Shown in pieces: positions 15,271 to 25,779 of a DNA stretch of 64,000 nucleotides (its first letter is position 1; every line of letters begins with the position of its first letter). The notes beneath the pieces were generated by a model. It ran no database searches, was not told the DNA's origin, and saw nothing but the letters and a program-made list of their open reading frames with translations. Location: the sequence record OR699282.2; one strand, written 5' to 3'. Both the position numbers and the translations under genes were made by a program.

Positions 15271-15323
15271 TAAAATATAATTAAAGCTCGGATGAATATC
15301 TGGGCTTTTTATTTGGACAGATT

Positions 15324-15596
15324 TTGATGATAACTGATGATGGAAAATTTAGTTTCAAGGATGTAACATTAGTATCTAAAAACGGAAGATTCATGTTTGA
15401 AGATAGAAAAAATACCAAATATGTATATGAAGTTTCACATGATATGTTTAAAGTTTTATTAGTTGCATCAGCCCAAGCTGAAAGTACTGGGATTAAAAAT
15501 AAGGCAAATTCTTTTAATTTTTTATTAAATCAATTGGAAATGACAGAAGAACTTTTCACGGCTTTATTATATAATTCAGCCGATTGGATTCTATAA
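15324..15596 (+). CDS. hypothetical protein
   Basis: 90-aa ORF after terminator 15285-15310. Confidence 0.5.
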   Translation: MMITDDGKFSFKDVTLVSKNGRFMFEDRKNTKYVYEVSHDMFKVLLVASAQAESTGIKNKANSFNFLLNQLEMTEELFTALLYNSADWIL

Positions 15597-15619
15597 CACG
15601 TACACATAAGGAAATACAA

Positions 15620-16573
15620 ATGACCACACTATGGACTGAAAAATATCGCCCACAATCAATGGAAGATTATGTATCAAAAAACGATGCACTACGCCAGAAA
15701 ATGGAAGAATGGATTAAGACTGGTGACATTCCACATATTGGGTTTTTTGGCCCAGCAGGAACTGGTAAAACATCTGCGATCAAAGTACTAATTAATGGAC
15801 TAGTTCAAAATGGACACCTTGATCCAAGTGATGTGACCACGCTTAACATGTCCGATGAAGGCATTGATGCTGTTCGTGACAAAATCGATGCCGCAGCAAA
15901 GCTATCATGTTTTGGTAGATATCGTATTTTTGTTCTTGAAGAAATGGAGCAGATGAACCACAAAGCACAAGGTAGTTTGAAACGTGTAATGGAAGACTAT
16001 CATGAAAATGCTCGCTTTATTTTAACAAGTAACGAACCACATAAAATTCAAAAACCTATCATTTCTCGTGTTCAAGTTATTACAATCGAAAAGCATGATA
16101 TGGAACAATTCATGACTCGAATTTATAATATTCTTCTAGCAGAAGGTGTTGATTTGAGTAGTGATGATAGTGTTGAACAAGTTCAAAAGTACATCAATGC
16201 TTCCTATCCTGATTTCCGTAAAACACTAAACGTATTGCAAAGTTCAGTTGTTGATGGTAAGCTAGTAAAACTTGAAGATAGTATTGAAAATTCAGCAGGG
16301 TATCGTACTGCAATTGTTGAAGCATTAAAGGCAGGCAACATTCGCCAAATGCGTGAACAAATTGTACAAAATATCCCTGATGATGAGATGGATGCATTTT
16401 TCTCTTACTTGTACAGAAATGCTGAAATGTTCAGTACTGATGAAATCACACTGATGAAGATTAAAGTTAAAATTCGTGATGCAGTTGTTAAGCAAGCAAC
16501 CGTATCAGATCGTGAAATGAATCTTAGTGCTTTACTGTGTGAAATTGACCTAATTTGTTCGGGGAACATGTAA
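15620..16573 (+). CDS. sliding-clamp loader subunit (RFC / T4 gp44-like AAA+ ATPase)
   Basis: LWTEKYRPQS, GPAGTGKTS, GIDAVRDKI, LEEMEQM, SLKRVME, ISRVQ, PDFRKTLNVLQ. Confidence 0.9.
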   Translation: MTTLWTEKYRPQSMEDYVSKNDALRQKMEEWIKTGDIPHIGFFGPAGTGKTSAIKVLINGLVQNGHLDPSDVTTLNMSDEGIDAVRDKIDAAAKLSCFGRYRIFVLEEMEQMNHKAQGSLKRVMEDYHENARFILTSNEPHKIQKPIISRVQVITIEKHDMEQFMTRIYNILLAEGVDLSSDDSVEQVQKYINASYPDFRKTLNVLQSSVVDGKLVKLEDSIENSAGYRTAIVEALKAGNIRQMREQIVQNIPDDEMDAFFSYLYRNAEMFSTDEITLMKIKVKIRDAVVKQATVSDREMNLSALLCEIDLICSGNM

Positions 16574-17199
16574 TGAAGCCACGTTGTATAGTTTTTGATT
16601 GTGATGAAGTTCTATTGGACCATATGGGTATGCTTTCTGAGTTTGTAAAACAAACTTATAATATCACACCATCAACACCATACCCATTAGAATATGATTT
16701 ATCAGACTGGTTGGGTGTTCCTCAACCTGAAGTTAAAAAGATTCTTGAACAGTTCAACCAACAATCATATTTGTTTGGGTTGTTAAAGCCAGTCGAACCA
16801 AATACAGTTGATATTGTACAAGAGCTACGTGATCGTTTTCATAAAGAAAAATTCGTAGTACTCACAAAATGTGGTAAAAAAGGCTATGGTGAAGTTTTAC
16901 GAAATGTAAATCTAATGCGTGAATTTGGTGAAAACTGCTTTGATGAGATTATTATCATAGAAATGAATGAATCAAAGAAAGAAGCATTAGAGGATTTACA
17001 AACACGATATGATGTAAAACTAATGATTGATGATTATATCAATAATATTGAAACTGCTATGGGTCTTGGTATTCCATCAGTTATGATGGGATGTTCTCAT
17101 AATACTATGTATAAGAATCATAGTGGTTTTGAATATATCGAAAACTGGACAGAACTTAGACTGAAAATTTATTCAGTACTAGGTAAATATTACAAATAA
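16573..17199 (+). CDS. HAD-superfamily hydrolase (5'-deoxyribonucleotidase-like)
   Basis: FDCDEVLLD motif I and LMIDDY motif IV. Confidence 0.7.
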   Translation: MKPRCIVFDCDEVLLDHMGMLSEFVKQTYNITPSTPYPLEYDLSDWLGVPQPEVKKILEQFNQQSYLFGLLKPVEPNTVDIVQELRDRFHKEKFVVLTKCGKKGYGEVLRNVNLMREFGENCFDEIIIIEMNESKKEALEDLQTRYDVKLMIDDYINNIETAMGLGIPSVMMGCSHNTMYKNHSGFEYIENWTELRLKIYSVLGKYYK

Positions 17200-17295
17200 A
17201 ACTTTTAAATTGGGGTTTGATTCAAACCCCTTTTGTTGTATTTTAAAAGTAGTAAATAGTATTATATGTGCTAGTTTTTAAGGATAATATAAAAT

Positions 17296-17859
17296 ATGGA
17301 CGATTTAGATTATACAGATAATGCTATTCAGCAGTTGTATGATAACAGTGGTATGTTAGATATACTTCTTGCTGTAGAGAAATATTTCGATGATAATGAT
17401 TTATATGCGTATAAAGGAATTATTGAGGGTGAGTTGGTAGAGGGGCCAATTGTAAGTAAGTATTGGTGTACTGTTACATTTAAATACTATCGTGAAAATT
17501 TTCCCGATCCTACCGCATTCTCTATTTTAGAGAAACATGGAACTAAAGTATATGTTAAAGCTGATTATGAAATAACTCCTATTAAAGAACCAAATCGTCA
17601 AGCTGACATGAAAAGTGTAGCGACACAATCTGGCTCTGTACGTATACCAAAAAATGAAAGAATCCCAGTACTATTGGTTAGAGTGCAGATTCCACGAAAC
17701 TTGATTAATCCAGAAAGTTTTGATGAATATAAACTAATGGCAGCAGAATTCAATAGTAATCCAATGAATTCTCCTGAGAATATTGAAGAACCTGTAACTG
17801 GTGATGATGTGGATTTAGATGTAGAAGTAACGGATGAGACACAAGAAGGTGGAATGTAA
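17296..17859 (+). CDS. conserved jumbo-phage hypothetical protein (late)
   Basis: GELVEGPIVSKYW...PDP; TAAATA at 17253; AAGGA RBS. Confidence 0.6.
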   Translation: MDDLDYTDNAIQQLYDNSGMLDILLAVEKYFDDNDLYAYKGIIEGELVEGPIVSKYWCTVTFKYYRENFPDPTAFSILEKHGTKVYVKADYEITPIKEPNRQADMKSVATQSGSVRIPKNERIPVLLVRVQIPRNLINPESFDEYKLMAAEFNSNPMNSPENIEEPVTGDDVDLDVEVTDETQEGGM

Positions 17860-18539
17860 TGAAAAAGAAATTAAATGAACAAGGCTTACGTCCGCAAGTT
17901 CTCAAAGATTTGATTCATCCTATCATTAGTGTTGATGAATATACTCCTAAAATTGAAGATAGTAATATTGTTATTATGTTTCAGGTACTTAACAATTTTG
18001 ATGCAGCATATGATTTATCTTCTTTTATTGAAAAATCACCTATTGATGTAGCTGATACAGAAGCAGCAGAAACACCAAATTTAGATGGTCGATATCAAGT
18101 TTATGTTGAAATGGAACGAAATGCTGAATTCCCTGAAAAACTTTTACGTTTAATTAAAACTATTGAAAATATTTGTCCAGACCCAGGTTGGAAAATACAA
18201 CTATATGGTGTTAATGACCCAATCGATGTTGATTTTGAAGAAATACAGCAGAGAATTGATTTGGGTATTCCTAGTTCAATTAGTGAGTTCCTTGATTATG
18301 CTGGTGTTTCAGTAATCAAAGAAGGAAACATGTTGACATTAAAAACAGCATATGGTAAATTACATTACAGTACTGGAAGCGGTTTTGTTTCAGAAACATA
18401 TGTGAAAAAGTTATTAAAGAATGATACACAATTAGACACTTCTCGTCTTAGTTCCATACTAGGGGAAAGCTATACAGTACTACGAAGTGGTGATCAATAT
18501 GTAATTGGAAGAAACGGGAAATATTTGGTGTTGCGATGA
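17859..18539 (+). CDS. conserved jumbo-phage hypothetical protein (late)
   Basis: MKKKLNEQGLRP...ISVDEYTPKI; coupled to the previous ORF. Confidence 0.6.
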   Translation: MKKKLNEQGLRPQVLKDLIHPIISVDEYTPKIEDSNIVIMFQVLNNFDAAYDLSSFIEKSPIDVADTEAAETPNLDGRYQVYVEMERNAEFPEKLLRLIKTIENICPDPGWKIQLYGVNDPIDVDFEEIQQRIDLGIPSSISEFLDYAGVSVIKEGNMLTLKTAYGKLHYSTGSGFVSETYVKKLLKNDTQLDTSRLSSILGESYTVLRSGDQYVIGRNGKYLVLR

Positions 18540-19354
18540 GAATTTTAAATATGCTTAAATCTCTTCACGAAACAACCAAATTACATCAGGATGAAAAGTA
18601 TCGTCGCAGCCTTACTAAAGATTTAGCATGTCGTATGTATATGCGTAGATTTGAAATTTCAAGAATTGGTAAAGGCTGGGATGATGTAAATCGTGAAGAC
18701 ATTGATCCAGATGCAATTTTTAAAGCATACATGGCTAGAAAAGTTTTCATAAATGAAAAAACTTTTTATATTGATAGTGATAGAGAATTAGAAAATAAAT
18801 TTACAAAAGGTTTATGGAAGATATGGTGTGTTGAAGTATTCGGTGAAGTATTACCTGAGCCACCTGTTCCAGAAACTTATAAAGATTTAAAAAGTATTTT
18901 TGATAATGAACATATACATTCAAATTTCTCATTATATGATACTGTGTCAGAAGCTGTATTTTATGGTGAGTTACATGGTCATAACAAATACTTTGATAGT
19001 ATGGTTAGTTTTGATTTGTTTTGTCACTTGCCTGGTGTATCAAGTTGGACATGTGATCAACACAGAGCAAGTAAGATTGATAAGCGAAAATTCTCGGCCC
19101 AAAGATTTATGCAAGTTGCTATGAGTATGTATAAACTTGATTATCTTGGTTGTCCAGAACCATATAAACATTTTTGGAAAGAAAGAGCACAAAAATGTTT
19201 AAACTATTGTATAATCCGTTTAATGGACACATACATTCTTAAGTTTAGAAATGCAACTGTATACGACATGCCTGAACCACCAAAGAATGAAAAATATCCA
19301 CCTGTCAAGACATTTGTATGGTACAAGGATAAAAGTAACAAAAGGATGCACTAA
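18536..19354 (+). CDS. hypothetical protein
   Basis: 272-aa ORF with ATGA overlap; terminator 19345-19375. Confidence 0.65.
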   Translation: MRILNMLKSLHETTKLHQDEKYRRSLTKDLACRMYMRRFEISRIGKGWDDVNREDIDPDAIFKAYMARKVFINEKTFYIDSDRELENKFTKGLWKIWCVEVFGEVLPEPPVPETYKDLKSIFDNEHIHSNFSLYDTVSEAVFYGELHGHNKYFDSMVSFDLFCHLPGVSSWTCDQHRASKIDKRKFSAQRFMQVAMSMYKLDYLGCPEPYKHFWKERAQKCLNYCIIRLMDTYILKFRNATVYDMPEPPKNEKYPPVKTFVWYKDKSNKRMH

Positions 19355-19381
19355 GGTGCGTCCTTTTTTCTTTTCAGGTGT

Positions 19382-19410
19382 TGACATGTGCAGTCGAAGT
19401 ATGTACAATA
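19382..19410 (+). promoter_or_regulatory. sigma70-type promoter
   Basis: TTGACA-17 nt-TACAAT. Confidence 0.75.
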
Positions 19411-19450
19411 TCACCATCGCGTAAATTTTAATTGATTATGAGGTTTTATA

Positions 19451-20578
19451 ATGAAAGGTAAATATTTTTTCATTGAAAATGGCAAAGAAGTTGAGATTCA
19501 AGAATTTAACTATAATTATGTACTGAACTCTTTATTGAAACAATATGACCGTTCATCAAACAAAAAATACATTTATAATGTAATTGTTCGCCGCACCTAT
19601 GACTCATTGGGTAATCCGTTATTTGATGTAAAAACTCTGTCATTAGATGAAATCTATTTTGATAATAAACGTCTGAAAGTTCTTGATTTAATGAAGGATA
19701 AAATTCATTTTAGTAATATTAGAATTGATCCTAACATGCCAGTACCGCCATTAGAGTGTGAATATCGTGAATGGAAAGAAGGTCGTGCCAAACCACGTTT
19801 AGACTTGGTACAAACATCACCAGATGTACCTGCACCTATTGTTCTTAAGAAAAAACCTATCAACCCAGACGATAGCAGAATTGATGACATTGAAAGATGG
19901 GTTGAATTCCCTAGTACTATTGAAAAGAATTCAGTAAAAGTACTAGACTGGTTTGTAAACTTACCAGTTTGTGCACAAGAAATTGGAACTAAGATTCAAC
20001 AAATTTCAGAACGTCAATTGGATCTTAACTCAGCATTACAACAGCATAGTGATTATATTAGAATGCTTATGAATAACCTTACTGTTGCGTTGGAAACGTT
20101 GTTCCCATTGAAGCCGACCTTTACACAGAAATTGTTTGGTAAAACTGATATCAAAGTGCAACCATCAGATTTGCCAAAAGTGATGAAAGCACTAAATGAA
20201 GCAGTTAAGTATGACACTAATAAGTTTAGTGGTCTTAGTACGATGTTTTCAGAACTTAGAAACGAAGTTAATGAAATCAAAAATGAACTTGAATATGGTA
20301 AGTTGGGTTGTGAATACGCACTACGTTGTGTGGATGATGCGTTTGAATATGAATTAACATTAGAACGTATTATGAAAATGGGAATCACCACCTCCATGAC
20401 TGAAACGAGCATTATTGCAACAAGTAAGCAATATCAAGTTGATATGAATCGTATGGTAGATATTCAAACTATTACTATTCCTTTGATTATCAATCGTTTA
20501 CAATCACAGACAGGTAAAGCTGTGGATGAGAGTACTGTAGAAATTATTCGTAATCTGGCATATGGTAACAAAGAGTAA
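19451..20578 (+). CDS. divergent TelA-like coiled-coil protein with an extra N-terminal domain
   Basis: C-terminal half parallels the neighbouring TelA (KPTFTQKLFGK vs KSIVGRIKKFF; RMVDIQTITIPLI vs KFEDLKSVVIPAW). Confidence 0.45.
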   Translation: MKGKYFFIENGKEVEIQEFNYNYVLNSLLKQYDRSSNKKYIYNVIVRRTYDSLGNPLFDVKTLSLDEIYFDNKRLKVLDLMKDKIHFSNIRIDPNMPVPPLECEYREWKEGRAKPRLDLVQTSPDVPAPIVLKKKPINPDDSRIDDIERWVEFPSTIEKNSVKVLDWFVNLPVCAQEIGTKIQQISERQLDLNSALQQHSDYIRMLMNNLTVALETLFPLKPTFTQKLFGKTDIKVQPSDLPKVMKALNEAVKYDTNKFSGLSTMFSELRNEVNEIKNELEYGKLGCEYALRCVDDAFEYELTLERIMKMGITTSMTETSIIATSKQYQVDMNRMVDIQTITIPLIINRLQSQTGKAVDESTVEIIRNLAYGNKE

Positions 20579-20665
20579 AAAAAAATACTTGACTATCATA
20601 CGTGCTGCCCGTATAATGTTTATCACAGAGCAGCACATCATATTAAATTAAACGAGGAATACTAA

Positions 20666-21802
20666 ATGTCCGAGAAAGAAATCAATCCTAAAAAAGCATC
20701 CACCGCAGCTAAATCAGCAAAACGCACTACTAAAACTGCGTCTAAAGGTCATACAATTGATGCAAGTGATATTTTTAACCAAACTACAAAATCACTACCA
20801 GTACTGAAAGATGTTAAGGGAAATACTATGTCTCTAACAGTTCAAAACATCAATACTGTTGGTACAACTGCTGGTGCTGCTGTTGGGCGTTTGGCTGATG
20901 AAATTATGTCTAAAGTTAATGTAACGGATGACAATACCGAGTTTGGTAAATCAATCACCACAATTCTTACGTTGACTCGTGCAGTTGATATTGACAGTCT
21001 TCAAGAAGATAAATCAATTGTTGGTCGTATTAAGAAATTCTTTGTTAATGCTCAACAGAAAGTAGGTGATCAGTACAAAAACAGTAAAGAGCAAATTGAC
21101 GAAATTATGAAAACTCTTCAAACTGGTATTAATCGCCAGCACGGAGAATGTGAATGGCTTGATAAAGCATATAATGAAAACAAAGAATATTTGTTTGAAT
21201 TACGTGATACATTAGTTGGTTTAGAAGAAGTAACTAAAACACAAGATGCATTATTATTAGAAATGCAAGCAGACAAAAATGTAGACTCTTTTGCTATTCA
21301 AGAGCAAAAGATGATTTGTGAAGCACTTTCTAAACAAGAAGATAAGATTCGTCGTCTTATCATGATGTGCGAGCTAAGTGGTCCACGTTTGATGAGTATG
21401 AAAAAAGTAAACTTGAACACTGTTTCTAAGTTTGAAGATTTAAAATCTGTTGTTATTCCAGCATGGAAGTCTCAATTGGCTGAACAGTTAATTTCCGAGC
21501 GTCAACGTAAGGATAATGAACTAGGCAATCTAATTGATAATGAGACAAACCGTCTTTTGGAAACTAACTCTAAAATGGTTGCAGCAAATATGTTGGACGC
21601 AGCAAAGGCAAACAACCGTGGTATTGTGGATATTAAAACCTTGCGTAATGTACATAAAACGATGATTGACAGTATTGAAGCAGTTATTGAAGAAGAGAAA
21701 AAAGGTAAATTGGAACGTGAACGTGCTAAACAGGAAATTGCACAACTTTCCTATGAACTGGAAGACACTCTTCGTGAAATTGCCGAAAAAGCTAACAAGT
21801 AA
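20666..21802 (+). CDS. telA: TelA/KlaB toxic-anion resistance family protein
   Basis: helical coiled coil, IVGRIKKFF, QIDEIMKTL, VIPAWKSQL, NLIDNETNRLLETNS; own promoter TTGACT-17-TATAAT near 20590. Confidence 0.75.
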   Translation: MSEKEINPKKASTAAKSAKRTTKTASKGHTIDASDIFNQTTKSLPVLKDVKGNTMSLTVQNINTVGTTAGAAVGRLADEIMSKVNVTDDNTEFGKSITTILTLTRAVDIDSLQEDKSIVGRIKKFFVNAQQKVGDQYKNSKEQIDEIMKTLQTGINRQHGECEWLDKAYNENKEYLFELRDTLVGLEEVTKTQDALLLEMQADKNVDSFAIQEQKMICEALSKQEDKIRRLIMMCELSGPRLMSMKKVNLNTVSKFEDLKSVVIPAWKSQLAEQLISERQRKDNELGNLIDNETNRLLETNSKMVAANMLDAAKANNRGIVDIKTLRNVHKTMIDSIEAVIEEEKKGKLERERAKQEIAQLSYELEDTLREIAEKANK

Positions 21803-21806
21803 TAGT

Positions 21807-21855
21807 TGACATATGAGTGCGTTTTTAATATAATCTTATTGAAAACGCACTCTTT
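21807..21855 (+). promoter_or_regulatory. sigma70 promoter nested in an inverted repeat
   Basis: TTGACA-17-TATAAT; GAGTGCGTTTT...AAAACGCACTC brackets the -10 box. Confidence 0.75.
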
Positions 21856-21881
21856 TTAATGTACAGATAAGGAACTAACTT

Positions 21882-22571
21882 ATGAAACGTCGTCATATTA
21901 GTGTTGATATTGAAGCTCTTGGAACACCTGAACTTTCCGGTTATGATATTATTATCCCAAATTACGCAGCAGTAGTAGTTCCAAGTAAACCTGAAAATGA
22001 CATTCGTCAGTTCTTATATATTAAATTACCATACCAGGATCAAGTTGCAACTGGTTTAAAATCAGACGCAGGTGCAATGGATTTTTGGATGAATACATGT
22101 CAGAAAGAATACCCTAATGCATATGCTGAAGTTGCCAGTACTATGAAACTCAAAGCACCTGAACTGTATGGACCTAATGGTCAATCACGACGTTTTTTTG
22201 CATACAGTAGTATTGTTGATTTCTGGAAAGAATTACGTTACAATGATTATGGTGAAGAAGTTCCTCATTCAGTCTGGGGCAACGGATGTAACTTCGATTG
22301 TAGTATTTTACAAGCAAACCATTTAAAACTAATGAACGCTGGTGAGTTGTGGAAGTATGATGCACCTGAAAATGCACGCACATTGAAACGTTTATTGAAT
22401 GAAGAAGCTCGTATTGAAATGGATGAAATCGTTTCGGTACAGTTGGATAAATTTATCAGATATGCAAATACGTGTGGGATTAATGGGTTGGAGTTACATC
22501 ACCCACTGTTTGATGCAGCACGTGAAGCAATCCAGATTTCATTCTGTCTAAACAAGCTTAAAATGGATTAA
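21882..22571 (+). CDS. DEDDh 3'-5' exonuclease (T4 DexA-like)
   Basis: ISVDIEALGT, WGNGCNFDCSIL, HHPLFDA. Confidence 0.75.
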   Translation: MKRRHISVDIEALGTPELSGYDIIIPNYAAVVVPSKPENDIRQFLYIKLPYQDQVATGLKSDAGAMDFWMNTCQKEYPNAYAEVASTMKLKAPELYGPNGQSRRFFAYSSIVDFWKELRYNDYGEEVPHSVWGNGCNFDCSILQANHLKLMNAGELWKYDAPENARTLKRLLNEEARIEMDEIVSVQLDKFIRYANTCGINGLELHHPLFDAAREAIQISFCLNKLKMD

Positions 22572-22574
22572 TAC

Positions 22575-23669
22575 ATGAATTTCATTATTCTGTTAATACC
22601 TGCTCTTATCGTTGTATTCGTTATGAAATACATGTACGATAAGCATATCAGTACTAAAGAACTATTGATTCATATTGGTTGTTGTCTGGTTGGTGCGGCT
22701 CTTGTTCTTGGTATTTCATACGCAATCAACTATAGCCAGCTTTATGATGTTGAGATTCTGAATGGTCAAGTAACTTCAAAATACAGCCACAAAGAATATT
22801 GCACACAATCTAGTTCATGTAAGCACTATACATGGCATGAGAAGTGCCATACGCGATATGATAGTAAAGGTAAATCACATCGTGAGTGTGAATCATATAA
22901 GGTTTTTGATTACTCATATGAAGTTGATTGGTATGTGAAAAGTACAGTAGGTGAGTTTGAGATTGAACGTGTGAACCGTCAAGGTACAATGACACCACCA
23001 CGTTGGCAGCAAGTTATGATTGGTGACTATGCCGCCGCAGAGAGTTCATATATCAACTATCTATTTGCTGATAAGAACTCATTGTTTAGTCCTGAAGAAC
23101 TACACAACATGTATGATGAAAAGTATCTTAGTACTATTCCAGAATACCCAAGTGTAGTTGATTATTACAAAATACATCACGTAATTAACACTACAAATTA
23201 CAACGTTGATGGTTACGATGAATACCTTCGTAATGAGCTAAAAACGATGGGTGCAAGAAAGCAGGTAAACATCCAAGTACTAGTTTATGATTACAAAGAT
23301 GTGGATTTTGTTGATGCTACCCTTGCATCGTGGCGTGGTGGTAAGAAGAATGATGTTATTATGTTCTTTGGTATTGACAATGATGGTAACGTTGTCAAAT
23401 TTTACAGTACATCATTTGCACAAGGAATGAAGAATGAAGAGTTACATGCAAAGATGCGTATTGATGCATTAAATGAAAAATTAACTCTTGACTTACTAGT
23501 TAAAGAAGTACATAATATTGACAAACATTTTGAGAGACTCTCTAATAAAGAGTTTGAGTACTTGTCAGTAAAAATGGAACCTAGAAAAGATGTTCTTATC
23601 GGTGCTTCCATTGTGTTGTTGATTCTGTCTATTTTCATTGGCCTTTATATGAGGGATAACGATTTATGA
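22575..23669 (+). CDS. membrane protein with a large extracytoplasmic domain
   Basis: two N-terminal and one C-terminal hydrophobic segments; Cys-rich middle. Confidence 0.6.
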   Translation: MNFIILLIPALIVVFVMKYMYDKHISTKELLIHIGCCLVGAALVLGISYAINYSQLYDVEILNGQVTSKYSHKEYCTQSSSCKHYTWHEKCHTRYDSKGKSHRECESYKVFDYSYEVDWYVKSTVGEFEIERVNRQGTMTPPRWQQVMIGDYAAAESSYINYLFADKNSLFSPEELHNMYDEKYLSTIPEYPSVVDYYKIHHVINTTNYNVDGYDEYLRNELKTMGARKQVNIQVLVYDYKDVDFVDATLASWRGGKKNDVIMFFGIDNDGNVVKFYSTSFAQGMKNEELHAKMRIDALNEKLTLDLLVKEVHNIDKHFERLSNKEFEYLSVKMEPRKDVLIGASIVLLILSIFIGLYMRDNDL

Positions 23670-24220
23670 ATGGTAAACTCCTTGCGTTAATTGGTATTTT
23701 GGTAGTTATCGTACTAATGGTGTTTGGTTCTATTAGTATGTATGTTGGTGCACATGATCGTGCAGTTGAGTTTGAAGGAAACATTAAAAAGTACTATGAT
23801 GCATCAGAAAGTCAACTTAGCAATTATACTCTTACTATTCAAGATAAGGTTCAAGTAGCCGATAAGTATAAAGATGCGTTGAAAGAAACGATTGAATCAT
23901 ACTTTAAAGGGCGTGAAGGTGTTGACCAGAAGTTTGTAATGTCACAGATTCAACAACAGGTTCCAAATCTTGATCCTAAAATTTATCAGGAATTGATGGT
24001 GACAATTGAAACAGGACGTACAAAGTTCAACAATCTTCAGAAAATGAAAATTGACCAGTGTACTGATTATGCTAAGTTCCGCAAAGGCTTCTGGAATTCC
24101 AAAATTCTTGATTCGAATACGTTTCCAAGTGAAAATATTGAACACCTTTGTACAGTAGTATCTGATACGCGTACCAAGAAAGCAATGGATACTGGTATTC
24201 AAGAATCAATTAAACTATAA
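23666..24220 (+). CDS. membrane-anchored LemA-like helical protein
   Basis: N-terminal TM helix; QQQVPNLDPKIYQELMVTIETGRTKFN recalls LemA; ATGA-coupled to the membrane protein. Confidence 0.4.
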   Translation: MNGKLLALIGILVVIVLMVFGSISMYVGAHDRAVEFEGNIKKYYDASESQLSNYTLTIQDKVQVADKYKDALKETIESYFKGREGVDQKFVMSQIQQQVPNLDPKIYQELMVTIETGRTKFNNLQKMKIDQCTDYAKFRKGFWNSKILDSNTFPSENIEHLCTVVSDTRTKKAMDTGIQESIKL

Positions 24221-24227
24221 TTAAATG

Positions 24228-24254
24228 TTGGGAGTACTTTGTACTCCCCTTTTC
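24228..24254 (+). terminator. intrinsic terminator
   Basis: GGGAGTAC-TTT-GTACTCCC-CTTTT. Confidence 0.75.
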
Positions 24255-24255
24255 T

Positions 24256-24855
24256 ATGGGGTGTACTATGTTTTTAAAAAATACTTATGAATTAATTAAA
24301 ATGCTTCAAAATATGAATTCCGGTGGCTTGTTTCCCTATTACTCTGAGGATGAAACTCATCGTTTAGTCCTTAAATTGGATGAAACTGGACGTATTATAT
24401 CACTAAGAACAACAGTCCCCAGTGTAGAACCAGTAATTACCAAATCAACTCAAAATTCAGGAACTGCTGTTAAAACACCACAAACATACAACTCTAATTA
24501 CCAACAACCACAAATGTACACGATTAGCACTCCACCTATTAAACGAGTTGCTTGTATTGTGAATATAAAAGTATCTAAGGACTATCGCGACTTAATATCA
24601 GTTGAATGGTCAGAACTAACATCATCATTAGCAACAAATGGATTTGTAGTAACAAATACAGGTCTAGCACAAAATGTGAAAGAAGGACAACAGATCATGA
24701 GTGCATTGTATCTTAGTAATGGTTGTGTTATCATCAATGGTAAGTTGTATAGCGATGCCGACCCCACTGCATTCACTGAAGATTTGATTGGTGATAAAGA
24801 ATACAGCATTCTTGAAATTATGAATTTGAAAAAGGTATATGAAAACCATGACTAG
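24256..24855 (+). CDS. hypothetical protein
   Basis: 199-aa ORF. Confidence 0.6.
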   Translation: MGCTMFLKNTYELIKMLQNMNSGGLFPYYSEDETHRLVLKLDETGRIISLRTTVPSVEPVITKSTQNSGTAVKTPQTYNSNYQQPQMYTISTPPIKRVACIVNIKVSKDYRDLISVEWSELTSSLATNGFVVTNTGLAQNVKEGQQIMSALYLSNGCVIINGKLYSDADPTAFTEDLIGDKEYSILEIMNLKKVYENHD

Positions 24856-25420
24856 ATTTCATCAAGATGATTTGCCATTTATCCAAGAACTAGAAGAACT
24901 GGTGATAAGTATTATGGATGAAATTAGTACTTGGGATATAACAGTTTTTCGAAATGTATATGATAAAGTGGTGAATTTTAAAAATGTTAATATTGAAGTA
25001 AAACATAATAATTTTTACTTAACAAAACAATTCATTCTAACTCGACCAGGATCAAAGCCAGTTAAACGTAATTTATCATTCGGACACCTGATTGGTGCAG
25101 AAAATGTACATGATGAATGGGTTGATTCAATCTATTCGTATACAAAAGAACTTATTCCTGATATTGAGAAAAAATATTATCTTAGTATCACATTAGATGA
25201 AAACGGTAATCTTAATGCATATTCAATAAATTCTTCTTCAAATGTTCCATTACATTCACTGACGATTGGTGATAAAAAAATGCTAATAAATTCTGAAACA
25301 TGGTATAATAGAGAAAATTTCGCAGCAGAATCATTTCAGTACTCAGTATCTGAACCAAAGTCACCTTTTGATTTAGTGTTTGTTAATAATATTATTTTAC
25401 GTTTTGGTGTAGGAGTGTAA
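24839..25420 (+). CDS. FQxS-box family protein (divergent)
   Basis: ENFAAESFQYSVSE near the C-terminus. Confidence 0.45.
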   Translation: MKTMTRFHQDDLPFIQELEELVISIMDEISTWDITVFRNVYDKVVNFKNVNIEVKHNNFYLTKQFILTRPGSKPVKRNLSFGHLIGAENVHDEWVDSIYSYTKELIPDIEKKYYLSITLDENGNLNAYSINSSSNVPLHSLTIGDKKMLINSETWYNRENFAAESFQYSVSEPKSPFDLVFVNNIILRFGVGV

Positions 25421-25423
25421 TTT

Positions 25424-25777
25424 ATGCTAATTTATTTAAGTGTTATTGTAATTTCATTACTGGTATCATTCGCTGTTCTTAAAATTGTTGCTATTTGTAG
25501 AAGTAAGATTGATAGTTCTGAAACTAGTTCAGTACTTGACTTGATTATGGACCATCCTAAAATCTGTGGTATTATTGTATTATTCGTTGTACTGATTAAT
25601 ACATATATTGTCAGGGAACATTTATATAATATGTATGATTGTAGTGTTAGATCTATATCACAAGGTGTTGAAACAGACTATAGTTGGTACTATGAGAAAT
25701 GTCGATTTAAAAACCAGCATGGTATTTGGGTTGATTTTGATAAACTACGTGGAACACCTTCAGGAGAAGAAGAATAA
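25424..25777 (+). CDS. hypothetical membrane protein
   Basis: two hydrophobic helices. Confidence 0.6.
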   Translation: MLIYLSVIVISLLVSFAVLKIVAICRSKIDSSETSSVLDLIMDHPKICGIIVLFVVLINTYIVREHLYNMYDCSVRSISQGVETDYSWYYEKCRFKNQHGIWVDFDKLRGTPSGEEE

Positions 25778-25779
25778 TT

